Below are positions 9,314 through 18,748 of a DNA stretch of 46,870 nucleotides, in pieces. This DNA comes from an uncultured Gammaproteobacteria bacterium (GTDB taxonomy: Bacteria > Pseudomonadota > Gammaproteobacteria > Cardiobacteriales > CAKMZF01): NCBI GenBank assembly GCA_929200405.1, contig CAKMZF010000001.1, forward strand, positions 1-46,870, written 5' to 3'. The notes below the pieces were generated by a model. It made no database searches and was not told the DNA's origin. It worked only from the letters and a program-made list of their open reading frames with translations. Position numbers and translations under genes: made by a program. Numbering within the stretch: position 1 is the first letter of the stretch; each line of letters starts with the position of its first letter.

Positions 9314-10104
9314 GCTATCTCTCCTACCGCAGAAGTATTGCTCTCGGGCGTGGCTTCTCCTAAATAGGCTTCTAGTACGCGAGGGTCTGACTTTACGGTT
9401 TGAAAGTCGCCTTGGATCACTACTTTACCTTCGGCCATGCAGACGACGTGATTACAGAGTTTTTCGATCATTTCCATGTCGTGTTCAATCAGTAAAAAAG
9501 TATAGCCGCGCTCTTGATTGAGAATTTGAATTTTTTGCTCGAGTTTACGCAGTAGAGTACGATTGACGCCTGCTGCTGGCTCGTCTAGTAAAACCAACTT
9601 GGCATCGGTCATCATAGTTCTACCCAGCTCTAATAGTTTTTTTTGACCGCCTGAAAGATTACTGGCTCTGACGTCCTTAACATGGATTAATTCCAAGAAC
9701 TCTAGGGTTTCTAATGCTTGCTTTTGCACCTGCTGTTCTTCGGATTTTATAGTTCTCCAATTAAACCAGTTATGCCAGAGACTCTCGCCTTTTTGCGTCG
9801 GTGGAACCATCATCAGGTTTTCCAAGGTTGTTAAACCACTAAACTCATGAGGGATTTGAAAAGTTCTAACCAAGCCTTCGTGAAACAAGCTATCAGCGGT
9901 AAGTGGGGTGACATCTTTTTCGCAAAAGGCAATGCGACCATGAGTAGGCTGTAAAGCTCCTGCGGCAAGATTAAATAAGGTGGTTTTTCCTGCGCCATTA
10001 GGACCGATAAGCCCGGTTATGCTGTCTTTTGCAACAGAAAAAGTACAACCATCTACGGCTTTGAAGTCACCAAAATGGATAGAGAGATTATTAAAACTCA
10101 GCAT
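9310..10104 (-). CDS. livG: Branched-chain amino acid ABC transporter ATP-binding protein
   Basis: GPNGAGKTT, RTFQ, LLDEPAAGVN, LIEHDM, DPRVLEAYLG; ATGA overlap with livF. Confidence 0.92.
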   Translation of the reverse strand: MLSFNNLSIHFGDFKAVDGCTFSVAKDSITGLIGPNGAGKTTLFNLAAGALQPTHGRIAFCEKDVTPLTADSLFHEGLVRTFQIPHEFSGLTTLENLMMVPPTQKGESLWHNWFNWRTIKSEEQQVQKQALETLEFLELIHVKDVRASNLSGGQKKLLELGRTMMTDAKLVLLDEPAAGVNRTLLRKLEQKIQILNQERGYTFLLIEHDMEMIEKLCNHVVCMAEGKVVIQGDFQTVKSDPRVLEAYLGEATPESNTSAVGEIA

Positions 10105-10341
10105 TTTTCACCATCGGTGAGTTAGAGGGCATAGTTCTATAGCATAGGGTGGAGAGATTTCGCATATAGTTAGGTTTTTTATTTTTAGGGGTATTGTACC
10201 TGTAAAAGTGTTATATCGTCTTCTTAAGGTGTTGCTGGAAATAACATCGTTACTTTCTGCAACTCTGCGACGGTTCTGCGCGCTAGGCTGGTTATGGTAA
10301 GTGTCGTAGTGGGAAAACTGCAGAATAAAATGTAATTGTGA

Positions 10342-10370
10342 TTGAGAATAAAAGTTGACTAAGGTATGCT
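10342..10370 (+). promoter_or_regulatory. Putative sigma70 promoter of tRNA-Arg
   Basis: TTGAGA-17 nt-TATGCT ending 16 nt upstream of the tRNA. Confidence 0.5.
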
Positions 10371-10386
10371 TTGCATCCTTCCAAAA

Positions 10387-10463
10387 CCACCCGTAGCTCA
10401 GCTGGATAGAGCGTTGCCCTCCGGAGGCAAAGGTCAGGGGTTCGAATCCCTTCGGGTGGGCCA
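10387..10463 (+). tRNA. tRNA-Arg(CCG)
   Basis: 77 nt; acceptor stem CCACCCG/CGGGTGG, D arm GCTC-AGCTGGATA-GAGC, anticodon loop CT-CCG-GA, T loop TTCGAAT, encoded CCA. Confidence 0.97.
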
Positions 10464-10547
10464 GTTCTACAATATCATTCTCTGCTAAAGCACTCTCTTG
10501 CACACTGTGCTATTGAGTCTCTATAGTCTTCGTTAGGTAGCGAAAAG

Positions 10548-10582
10548 AGTGTAAAGAGAGAAGCATATGTTCTCTCTACACT
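10548..10582. terminator. Hairpin between the convergent tRNA and esterase genes
   Basis: AGTGT(AA)AGAGAGAA-GCATATG-TTCTCTCT-ACACT inverted repeat. Confidence 0.4.
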
Positions 10583-10642
10583 ATGTTTATGACTTATCTA
10601 TAATTTCTATACTCCGATGACAAGCAGATTACATGCTCTGCT

Positions 10643-12682
10643 TTAGTATTTATACTCAATCTGCAAGCCACCGCCAATGGTTGAATCATCACTGCGCAAA
10701 TCTGTGGTGATAAAACCGCCGATAGTGGTGTTGTTCTTGGCATAACTCAATCCAGCTGAGAGTACAATGCTGTCATCTTTGTTAGAGTTAGGGGTTACTG
10801 TGAAGCCGCCAACACCATTGCTTGGGGTGATTCTCAAACTGCCGTTATCAGCTATAAGATCTCTTTCGTACTTAGCTTCGCCCCAAAGGTTCACACCGTG
10901 ACCTTTGATTTCGGTGTCAATGGATGAGCGAACACCAATAGCAGCTTGTGCAGAAGTATGTTCAATATCTCCATAGCTAACTCCAGTATAATCAGTGCCA
11001 GACTCTGCGTATCCATCCACAGTGGTCTTGTGGTAATCAACCTGTGCGAAAGGCGTTATTTCCCAGTTGGAGCTATTCTTAACGTTAGTCCCTACCTCGA
11101 TAGTAACTCCTAAGTCTTTGCCTTTGGTGTTACCTTTATTTGACTTAACTGCCGATAAAATTTCAACCTTTCTTTCAACTGAGTCATAATCTTGGAAGTT
11201 AGCACTAGCTATACCACTAATATAAACTTTGCCAACATTGGTTTTTGCAAATACATTCAGTGAGAGGTTATTGCCTTCGAAGCTTGTACCAGTGCGACCT
11301 GCTGTTGAGACGTCAACGCTGTTATAACCTAGTGCTGCACCAGCTTCTAGTTTGTCAGAGAAAACTTTTACGGCACCAATCGTAGCACCGAGTATTTTCT
11401 GATTAGAAGTTTCACTTTGCTCATAGCGCAAGTCTGAGATTATTGCATCGCTGCGATTACCTTTGTGATGACGCTCTCTAAGTTCTTGGGTAATAACATC
11501 CGCTTGCATGCGCGCAGGTGTCGCGGCAAATTCGGCAACTTGAGTCGCTGAATCGCTAGCTTCTATGGTGCTTTGGATGAGCTGTGCCGCTGCGGTGGAG
11601 CCTGCAATGGTGGGATGGATGCCATCATTGAATAAAAGTGAAAACGGGCTAGGGGTGCCAGTAGTGGTGTTGAAACCTCGATCAGCGTCTTCAACACAAT
11701 AGATCTGAGGTAGATCTTGAGCGTTATAGCATGCCGCTGACTGATCAATATTTGCCAAACCAAATTCAGTTGGATTGGCAACCATATCAGCAAAAAAAGA
11801 ATTGAAATCGGGCATAATCACATTGCCGCCGATAGCATTTAATTTCTCTGCCAGCGAGGCATTGTAAGCATTAGTAGCATTGGTTCTTGCGGCGATAAAA
11901 TCAGCAGCACTGCCACCTGCCGCTTGTACTATTCCTGCTTGCAAAGAGGTTTCAGGAATATCTCCAATATCGGGCAGGTTGGGTACAATTACCAGTCCTG
12001 CACCCGCATCTGTCATTGCTGCGGCTCCTCGTGAAGTGAAGTCAGCAGCAGTGATCATATTTGTATTTATTGTATCAGTATCCATGATAGTGAATCCCGT
12101 TGGAACTGGAGCTGTGGGGTCAGTTCTATCGAAATCAACGATTGCTGAAGCTCGGATATCATTGCCACCCGAGCTAATTACAACAATAGCATTGGTCGCT
12201 TGGGAAGCATTGTCTCCCGCTAAGAAACCATCATTAACAACTGCGGGTACTGTAGTATCTGCGTTTAAAGCAACTGGAGGGGTTACTGCACCACCTGGAG
12301 CAACAATAGAGTTATAAACATTCTCAGCTAGGTAACCTCCAACGGCATAGTTGTATCCAGATGTTGGTCCAGGAATGGCACCAAAAGTGGCTGGCTGAGA
12401 GGGGCCTAAATTACTAAAACCTAAATTGGTTCCCAAAATTGTTGGGTAAGGATTCATATAATAACCATCGGAGCTACGATTGGTAAATCTTAGACGAGAA
12501 TCAGTTGGTACGCCCTCTATCCCGAGTAATGCGCCGGGGTCTATAAACTGCCCACCGTCTGCCAAGCTATCGCCAAATATGATCATATTGCTATAAGCTT
12601 GTGCTGAACTATGAGTGGCGGCTGTGCCGGCCAGTAGCGCACCTATGCTTAGAGTGAGTATTTTTTTCGTGAACACTTTCAT
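10643..12682 (-). CDS. GDSL/SGNH esterase autotransporter (EstA-like)
   Basis: Signal peptide; FGDSLAD, NYAVGG, GGND, FNDGIHPT blocks; C-terminal beta-barrel ending LQIEYKY; AGGAG RBS. Confidence 0.9.
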   Translation of the reverse strand: MKVFTKKILTLSIGALLAGTAATHSSAQAYSNMIIFGDSLADGGQFIDPGALLGIEGVPTDSRLRFTNRSSDGYYMNPYPTILGTNLGFSNLGPSQPATFGAIPGPTSGYNYAVGGYLAENVYNSIVAPGGAVTPPVALNADTTVPAVVNDGFLAGDNASQATNAIVVISSGGNDIRASAIVDFDRTDPTAPVPTGFTIMDTDTINTNMITAADFTSRGAAAMTDAGAGLVIVPNLPDIGDIPETSLQAGIVQAAGGSAADFIAARTNATNAYNASLAEKLNAIGGNVIMPDFNSFFADMVANPTEFGLANIDQSAACYNAQDLPQIYCVEDADRGFNTTTGTPSPFSLLFNDGIHPTIAGSTAAAQLIQSTIEASDSATQVAEFAATPARMQADVITQELRERHHKGNRSDAIISDLRYEQSETSNQKILGATIGAVKVFSDKLEAGAALGYNSVDVSTAGRTGTSFEGNNLSLNVFAKTNVGKVYISGIASANFQDYDSVERKVEILSAVKSNKGNTKGKDLGVTIEVGTNVKNSSNWEITPFAQVDYHKTTVDGYAESGTDYTGVSYGDIEHTSAQAAIGVRSSIDTEIKGHGVNLWGEAKYERDLIADNGSLRITPSNGVGGFTVTPNSNKDDSIVLSAGLSYAKNNTTIGGFITTDLRSDDSTIGGGLQIEYKY

Positions 12683-12951
12683 TGATTCTCCTGAGTATTG
12701 AACTAGCTGGGGCTTAAATAAATATTATTAATTGCTCCAGATGTTTTTTTGTCGCGAGCTTATAGCTTATCTTAAACTTGCAGACAGAATACTATGATAT
12801 AAAAGATTAGTGATTCATGTCAAATTTATCTTAGCACTGTCTAGTTGTGAGATTTTTGTAGTAATCTTATATAGGTTGCTGTGCAACTGTGGTTTATTTT
12901 TTAGAGGTATTAAGAAGTAAACTTTCGTTAAATCTGTGGTATTTTATATTC

Positions 12952-13962
12952 ATGGAAAAAAAGAAAAAAAATCCAGTAACCTCTATACAAGTGGCGAAAT
13001 TGGCAAATGTTTCCCAATCTGCGGTTAGTCGAACTTTTACAGCAGGGGCAAGCGTTGCTCCTGCGACAAAAGCACGAGTATTGGCAGCTGCCAAGGCGTT
13101 GGGTTATCGACCAAATGTGATCGCAAGGTCATTAATTAGTGGTCAATCGAAAACCGTGGGGTTGGTCGTGGCATATCTTGAGAATCATTTTTATCCCCTG
13201 ATGATTCAGCAGCTATCTCATGCCTTGCAGGCGGATGGCTATCATGTGCTGTTGTTTATGGCAGAGTCTGGTCAACAAGATGCTGTTATTGAACAAATAC
13301 TGCAATATCAGATAGATGGTGTGGTATTGGCTTCGGTTACACTGTCTTCGCACATCGCTGAGGAGTGTGCCAACATCGGGGTGCCGGTAGTGCTATTTAA
13401 TCGATATGTCCCTGATGAGGTACAAGCCAGCACAGTAACTTCGAATAACGAAGCTGGCGGCAGGTTAGTGGCACAAAGGTTAGTTCAAGCAGGGCATAAG
13501 CGCATCAGCTTTGTGGCGGGCAATGTGAACTCGTCGACCAATCAGGATAGAGAGCGGGGGTTTATCGCCAGTTTGAATGCAGAAGGTATCGAGCTTTGGT
13601 CTACAGCCATTGGTAAATATCGTTTCTTGGCTGCTGCCGAAGCTACTCGCGAGATTTTGGCTAAAAAACCGTACCCCGATGCAATCTTTGTAGCCAATGA
13701 TCACATGGCATTTGCGGTGATGGATGTTATTCGCGATGAGTATAAGCTGCGCATCCCCGAGGATATTGCAGTAGTTGGCTTTGACAATGTGCCGGAGTCT
13801 AATTGGGGAGCTTATAGTTTGACAACGGTTGAGCAGCCACTAACGGAAATGGTTGCAGCAACTGCCGAGATATTACTACAACAAATGAAAGATAAAAAAG
13901 TTACGCCGACCCATAAAGTATTCGATACTCAGCTGATTGTGCGTAAATCCGCAGAAATTTAG
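12952..13962 (+). CDS. LacI-family transcriptional regulator (start taken as ATG 12952)
   Basis: HTH VTSIQVAKLANVSQSAVSRTF, hinge LGYRPNVIARSL, PDAIFVANDHMA, IPEDIAVVGFDN, LTTVEQP. Confidence 0.93.
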   Translation: MEKKKKNPVTSIQVAKLANVSQSAVSRTFTAGASVAPATKARVLAAAKALGYRPNVIARSLISGQSKTVGLVVAYLENHFYPLMIQQLSHALQADGYHVLLFMAESGQQDAVIEQILQYQIDGVVLASVTLSSHIAEECANIGVPVVLFNRYVPDEVQASTVTSNNEAGGRLVAQRLVQAGHKRISFVAGNVNSSTNQDRERGFIASLNAEGIELWSTAIGKYRFLAAAEATREILAKKPYPDAIFVANDHMAFAVMDVIRDEYKLRIPEDIAVVGFDNVPESNWGAYSLTTVEQPLTEMVAATAEILLQQMKDKKVTPTHKVFDTQLIVRKSAEI

Positions 13963-13981
13963 AGACAGTAATTTATGTGGT

Positions 13982-14902
13982 TTAATGCCGATCTAAGTGA
14001 TAAAAACGTTTGGCATTTTCTGCGAACAGCAAGGTAATTTGATCGTCATTCAGACCGCTTGTTTTGGCACATTGCAATAGTTCGTCGACGACCTCATCAT
14101 AGCTTTTCATTAGCTTATCAACTGGATAATTACTGCCAAACATCATTCTCTCTACGCCAAATTGTGCTAATAAAGTATCAAATAGCGTTTGAATGCTATT
14201 GGCTGACCAGTTCGTATCAAACATGCCAAATCCTGAGAGTTTGACGTGGCAGTTTGGTAAAGCAGCGAGGTGTTGCATAGCTGTTGTCCAGCCTTGTAAT
14301 CCCTGCTCAGTTTGGTCATAAGGGCTGCCAGCATGGTCTATAGCGATTGGCACGGTGGGATACTGTGCCAGAAAGTTAGCAGCTGACTGCATTTGCTCAG
14401 GGTATAGCTGTAAATCAAAACTCAGTCGATGTTTGGCTAATAAAGTAAAGTTCTCGCGCCATTGCGGATTTTCTAGGTATTTTTCTTTGGTAAAACTGAT
14501 GCTAGGGTTATCGCTGAGTTTGCTGAGGATTTGACGGACACCTCTGAAGTTTGGCAATGCAAGGTAGCGATGTAGCGTTTTCTCAACTATGGTAGTGTTG
14601 GCACTAAGGTCTAAAAAACCGATATGTACTAGTGGCAATTGATTAGCTAGGGAGTGTTCCTCAAGCCAGAGAGATTCGATGACAGGGTCTGCAATAGCGC
14701 CGTCAGCTTGCACATGAATAGAGCCAATGATCTGATGGTGCTGAGACTCGTCCTGAAACTCAGGCGCCAAATAATCTCGTTGTATTGCAGTGGGGTCTCC
14801 AAATGGTTTGATCGCACCAATATTTTTTAACCAGACATATTCTATGCCAAGAGAATCAGAATCAGGACACCAGAGATGGTGATGAGCATCAATAATTTCC
14901 AT
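13982..14902 (-). CDS. Amidohydrolase_2 / COG3618-type lactonase-like hydrolase (start taken as ATG 14902)
   Basis: IIDAHHHLW, FRGVRQ, LSFDLQ, DHAG, VKLSGF, FGSNYPVD. Confidence 0.85.
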   Translation of the reverse strand: MEIIDAHHHLWCPDSDSLGIEYVWLKNIGAIKPFGDPTAIQRDYLAPEFQDESQHHQIIGSIHVQADGAIADPVIESLWLEEHSLANQLPLVHIGFLDLSANTTIVEKTLHRYLALPNFRGVRQILSKLSDNPSISFTKEKYLENPQWRENFTLLAKHRLSFDLQLYPEQMQSAANFLAQYPTVPIAIDHAGSPYDQTEQGLQGWTTAMQHLAALPNCHVKLSGFGMFDTNWSANSIQTLFDTLLAQFGVERMMFGSNYPVDKLMKSYDEVVDELLQCAKTSGLNDDQITLLFAENAKRFYHLDRH

Positions 14903-14909
14903 AATATTT

Positions 14910-15944
14910 TTACTCTCCATATCCCTCTGGTAAGTTCAGCGCAGGCTGACCACGCAGATGTTTGAGTCTGGCAAATACATCAAAACCCATTTGTTTTAAC
15001 ATGTGAATAATATCAATTGGCACCCAGTTTTCGGCGATTCTTCCATCTACGAGATGGTAAAAGTCCATTACGCGCATTTGTATAACTTTGCCAGTCGCTG
15101 GCATGCCAAGCCATTCGCCTAGATGTGTGCCTGTCACAGAGGGCCAGCCCCCTGTGACAACGTAATCACCGTCACCAATTCTGACATAGTGGCCGCTGCC
15201 TTGACGATCAGGAAAGCCTACTAAGAAGGGGATTTGATGGTGGGCACGAAATCCGGACATGCTGCGTGTGGTACCAATTCCTGCCGGACCATACCAAAGG
15301 AAATTGTCTGTCCAATATTGTTGGTGTTGCATGCTATTTAAATCTTTGCCATCGAAGCTGAGAAGGGCATTGTGCATGGCAATCACGGTATTAAATGCGC
15401 TATCGCCTTGTGCTGGTTCACTGCTGTTGAGTCTAACGCCATCATGAGTAGCAGGGTGCTGCCACATGCCTTCGGCACCTAGAGAGGGCATTAATGGCCA
15501 GACGTTGGCTTGTCGCATTAAATCTAGTAGATCAAAAAGCACATATGAGTGTGCGATTTTGCCATCCACTATTGAATGTACTTCACAACTACGCAAGGTG
15601 ACTACGCCTTTTGTTGCTGGAATGCCACAGAGATCTTGCTGAAAAGTGCCTTGGTAACAGCCCATACTGGCAACTAAGATTCTACCAGTTAATGCTTCTG
15701 ATACGCGGTTATCGGCTTTGCTTTCGCCTACGACAAATATGCTATCTCGGCGCTCCATATCGGGTAGGGCTGTTCTGAGTTGCTGCCAGATTGCAGAAAT
15801 GTCAGTATGGCCTTGCACTTCATTAAAAGGGTGGCAGCCCCACCATTGAGCATCGCTATGGTAGCAGTTACTGACGTCGCCATCTTTGCTAAGCTGGTGT
15901 AGTTGTTGGTAAGTTTGTTGCTTTATTTGAGTGAAATCAGTCAC
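14910..15944 (-). CDS. Two-domain SnoaL-like (ester cyclase/NTF2 fold) protein
   Basis: LPDMERRD, GIPATKG, WYGPAGIGT, HQIPFL..FPDR, GTHLGEWLGMPATGK, MDFY..DGRIAENW. Confidence 0.85.
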   Translation of the reverse strand: MTDFTQIKQQTYQQLHQLSKDGDVSNCYHSDAQWWGCHPFNEVQGHTDISAIWQQLRTALPDMERRDSIFVVGESKADNRVSEALTGRILVASMGCYQGTFQQDLCGIPATKGVVTLRSCEVHSIVDGKIAHSYVLFDLLDLMRQANVWPLMPSLGAEGMWQHPATHDGVRLNSSEPAQGDSAFNTVIAMHNALLSFDGKDLNSMQHQQYWTDNFLWYGPAGIGTTRSMSGFRAHHQIPFLVGFPDRQGSGHYVRIGDGDYVVTGGWPSVTGTHLGEWLGMPATGKVIQMRVMDFYHLVDGRIAENWVPIDIIHMLKQMGFDVFARLKHLRGQPALNLPEGYGE

Positions 15945-16031
15945 GATATTGAGTGCTCCATAGCTCTGGGGTTACTAAAAATCCCGCTTTTTTGATGCGC
16001 GGCATTCTATCTCAAAAAATTTTGAGAAACA

Positions 16032-16051
16032 GTTTGCATTCGTATGCAAAC
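16032..16051. promoter_or_regulatory. Putative LacI-family operator in the divergent promoter region
   Basis: GTTTGCATTCGTATGCAAAC: 20-bp palindrome with one mismatched pair and a central CG, typical of LacI/GalR operators. Confidence 0.7.
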
Positions 16052-16261
16052 GATGGCAAGATATTTCTACTCGTTTTTTAATTGCAATATTATAAAGATT
16101 GATTTACGAAAGATATCTTTTATAAATATTCATAAACACTAAAAATAAGCGTGGACTTTTTATAAGGTAGATTTTAGAGGCTATTTGGCGCTAATCATCT
16201 GAATAGCCTTATCATTGAATTGCAAAGAGTTACGTAATGAAAAGCAGGAATTGGGAGTAGT

Positions 16262-17317
16262 ATGGCTGAGATCAATCTAAAAGGTATCTGTAAACGCTGG
16301 GGAAGTTTTGTCGGCGTACATGACTTTAATCTCAAGATTGCTGATCGAGAATTTTTGGTATTGCTTGGACCGTCTGGCTGTGGCAAAACCACCACAATGC
16401 GCATGATTGCTGGCCTTGAAGATATAACCGAGGGTGAGATAACGATTGACGGTAAAGTTGTGAATAACTTAGAGCCTAAAGATCGCGATATAGCTATGGT
16501 GTTTCAGTCCTATGGTTTATATCCGAATATGAATGTTTATGAAAATATTCGGTTTCCGCTCAAAGTTCGCAAAATAGACCCTGCTACCCATGATGAGAAA
16601 GTAATGAAAGCTGCGGAGCGCTCTGAGCTTGTTGACTTCTTACACCGCAAACCAGCTGAGTTATCCGGTGGACAGCGCCAAAGAGTGGCACTTGCCAGAG
16701 CGATTGTTCGCGAGCCGAGTGTGTTTTTGATGGATGAGCCGCTATCTAACCTGGATGCTAAGTTAAGGGTCTCCACTCGTGCACAGATTAAGAATCTTCA
16801 GCATGAGCTAAAAGTAACCACTATTTACGTCACCCATGATCAAATTGAGGCCATGACTTTGGCAGATCGTGTTGTGGTGATGAAAAAAGGTTTAATACAA
16901 CAGGTTGGTGTGCCAACAGAAATATATGACAAACCTGCCAATGCGTTTGTGGCAAGTTTTATCGGTTCTCCGGCTATGAATTTGTTGGAGGGGGAAATAT
17001 CTGATGGCACTTTTACTGGCAAGAATGTATCGGTGTCGGGTTTCCCCAAAACGCTTAGCGGCAAAATTACTTTAGGTTTCCGTGCTGAGGATGCCACAAT
17101 TAATGCAACGGAGTCTGCGGAAGTGAATTCAGCTGTGTATAGTTTTGAGCTACTGGGGGATGCTACCATGGTAAATGTAAAAGCAGGTGGCGCGTTAATT
17201 TCAGTAAAAGCGGAAAAAACCTTTAGGGCGGGGATTGGAGAGAATGTTTCTATTTCAGTTCCTGTAGATATCTGCCATTTATTCTCAGCGGAGGATGGCA
17301 TGAGAGTTGAGTTCTAA
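16262..17317 (+). CDS. CUT1 carbohydrate ABC transporter ATP-binding protein (MalK/UgpC-like)
   Basis: GPSGCGKTT, LSGGQRQRVALARA, MDEPLSNLDAKLR, YVTHDQIEAMT, FIGSPAMN. Confidence 0.95.
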   Translation: MAEINLKGICKRWGSFVGVHDFNLKIADREFLVLLGPSGCGKTTTMRMIAGLEDITEGEITIDGKVVNNLEPKDRDIAMVFQSYGLYPNMNVYENIRFPLKVRKIDPATHDEKVMKAAERSELVDFLHRKPAELSGGQRQRVALARAIVREPSVFLMDEPLSNLDAKLRVSTRAQIKNLQHELKVTTIYVTHDQIEAMTLADRVVVMKKGLIQQVGVPTEIYDKPANAFVASFIGSPAMNLLEGEISDGTFTGKNVSVSGFPKTLSGKITLGFRAEDATINATESAEVNSAVYSFELLGDATMVNVKAGGALISVKAEKTFRAGIGENVSISVPVDICHLFSAEDGMRVEF

Positions 17318-17401
17318 GACTCAATTTCCACTCGGCTTTAGCCGATAATAATAGAGTGTCGTAAGGCAATTGTAATACTAGCAAAAACTAGGGAGAGAAT
17401 A

Positions 17402-18631
17402 ATGATTTTTAAAAAAGCGCTATTGGCTGGTGCCGTAATGATGGCTTCCACGCTTACTTATGCAGAATGTAAGGTTGATGGTGGTAGAGTGAGCATTGTC
17501 GGCAATGAATTTCCAGCCATTCATACAGTAGCGAATGTAGCAGTAGCTTGTGAAGGTATTGATGGAAAATCTAACCTAACAGCAGACCATCAGAAAATAA
17601 ATGTTGCGGGTATGCAAGGCAATCCTGCGGAATATACATCGGCAATTATCGCTAACTCATCTATCGTTGCTTTGATGAACGAAGATGTGATTCGTCCACT
17701 AAACGATTTGGTGGAAAAATATGGGCAGGATATTCCTAAGAAACAGTTGATTACTATCGATGGCGATGTCATGGCAGTTGCCTTTATGGCGAATGCACAG
17801 CACCTAGTATACCGAGCTGATGTACTAGAGCAGATTGGCGTTGAAGTGCCAAAAACTTATGAAGACTTATTGGCTGCCGCAAAGCTTATTCGTGAGAAAG
17901 GCATTATGGACAACCCCGTAGGCGGCGCTTACAAAGCAGGTTGGAATCTAGGTGAAGAGTTTGTCAATATGTATTTAGGATTTGGCGGACAGTTCTATAA
18001 AGCAGGCAGTGCAGAAGTCTCTGTGAATAATGAGCAGGGTGTTGCGACACTGGAAATGTTGAAGTCATTAACCGAGTACATGAATCCAGATTATTTAACC
18101 CATGACTCAAATGCGACCAATGCTGAGTGGGAAGCAGGTAATGTTGCGCTAATGAATATGTGGGGTTCACGTGTAGGCTCAATATTGGATGATGAAGGTT
18201 CTACACCAGAGATTGTTGCTGCTACTAAAGTAGCTGGGCCTATGGCAGTAGGTGGCGGAAGCCAGCCAGCCTCTACACTATGGTGGGATGGATGGACTGT
18301 TGCGAAAAATATCTCTGATGAAGATGCCGCAGCAACATTCCAAGCTCTGGCACATGCAACTAGTGCTGCTATCTTAAATGATGAAACCATGGGGCAAGCT
18401 GTTTGGATGATAGATGGTTATAAGCCAGCAGCTGTCAACGAAGGGGTGTTTGCTGCTATTGATGCGAAAACCACGCCTTATCCAATGCTGCCTTATCAAG
18501 GCTTATTGCACACAGTTTTGGGTGACAATGTTGCAGACTTCCTACAGGGGAAAGAGAGTGCTGAGCAAACCCTCAAAGATATTGAGGCAGCTTACACAGC
18601 AGCAGCTAAAGAAAAAGGCTTCTTAAAGTAA
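17402..18631 (+). CDS. CUT1 ABC transporter periplasmic solute-binding protein
   Basis: Signal peptide, LVYRADVLEQ.G.EVPKTYEDL..AA, G.VALM.MW; position within the ABC operon. Confidence 0.9.
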   Translation: MIFKKALLAGAVMMASTLTYAECKVDGGRVSIVGNEFPAIHTVANVAVACEGIDGKSNLTADHQKINVAGMQGNPAEYTSAIIANSSIVALMNEDVIRPLNDLVEKYGQDIPKKQLITIDGDVMAVAFMANAQHLVYRADVLEQIGVEVPKTYEDLLAAAKLIREKGIMDNPVGGAYKAGWNLGEEFVNMYLGFGGQFYKAGSAEVSVNNEQGVATLEMLKSLTEYMNPDYLTHDSNATNAEWEAGNVALMNMWGSRVGSILDDEGSTPEIVAATKVAGPMAVGGGSQPASTLWWDGWTVAKNISDEDAAATFQALAHATSAAILNDETMGQAVWMIDGYKPAAVNEGVFAAIDAKTTPYPMLPYQGLLHTVLGDNVADFLQGKESAEQTLKDIEAAYTAAAKEKGFLK

Positions 18632-18642
18632 GTCAATTTCAA

Positions 18643-18667
18643 GGACGTTAAATTAACTTTAACGTCC
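18643..18667 (+). other. Intercistronic stem-loop after the SBP gene (mRNA stabiliser or partial terminator)
   Basis: GGACGTTAAA-TTAAC-TTTAACGTCC, perfect 10-bp stem, no U-tract. Confidence 0.55.
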
Positions 18668-18748
18668 CTCGATTATGAAATGTTGACTGCGTAATGTTTT
18701 GTCAGATGCTGAAATTTTCCTTCACACACTAATTGGTTAGATAGCGAT

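Noticed and set aside
10108-10503. 131-aa ORF on the minus strand
   Set aside because: It is the antisense reading of tRNA-Arg (HPKGFEPLTFASGGQRSIQLSYG is a typical tRNA shadow translation)
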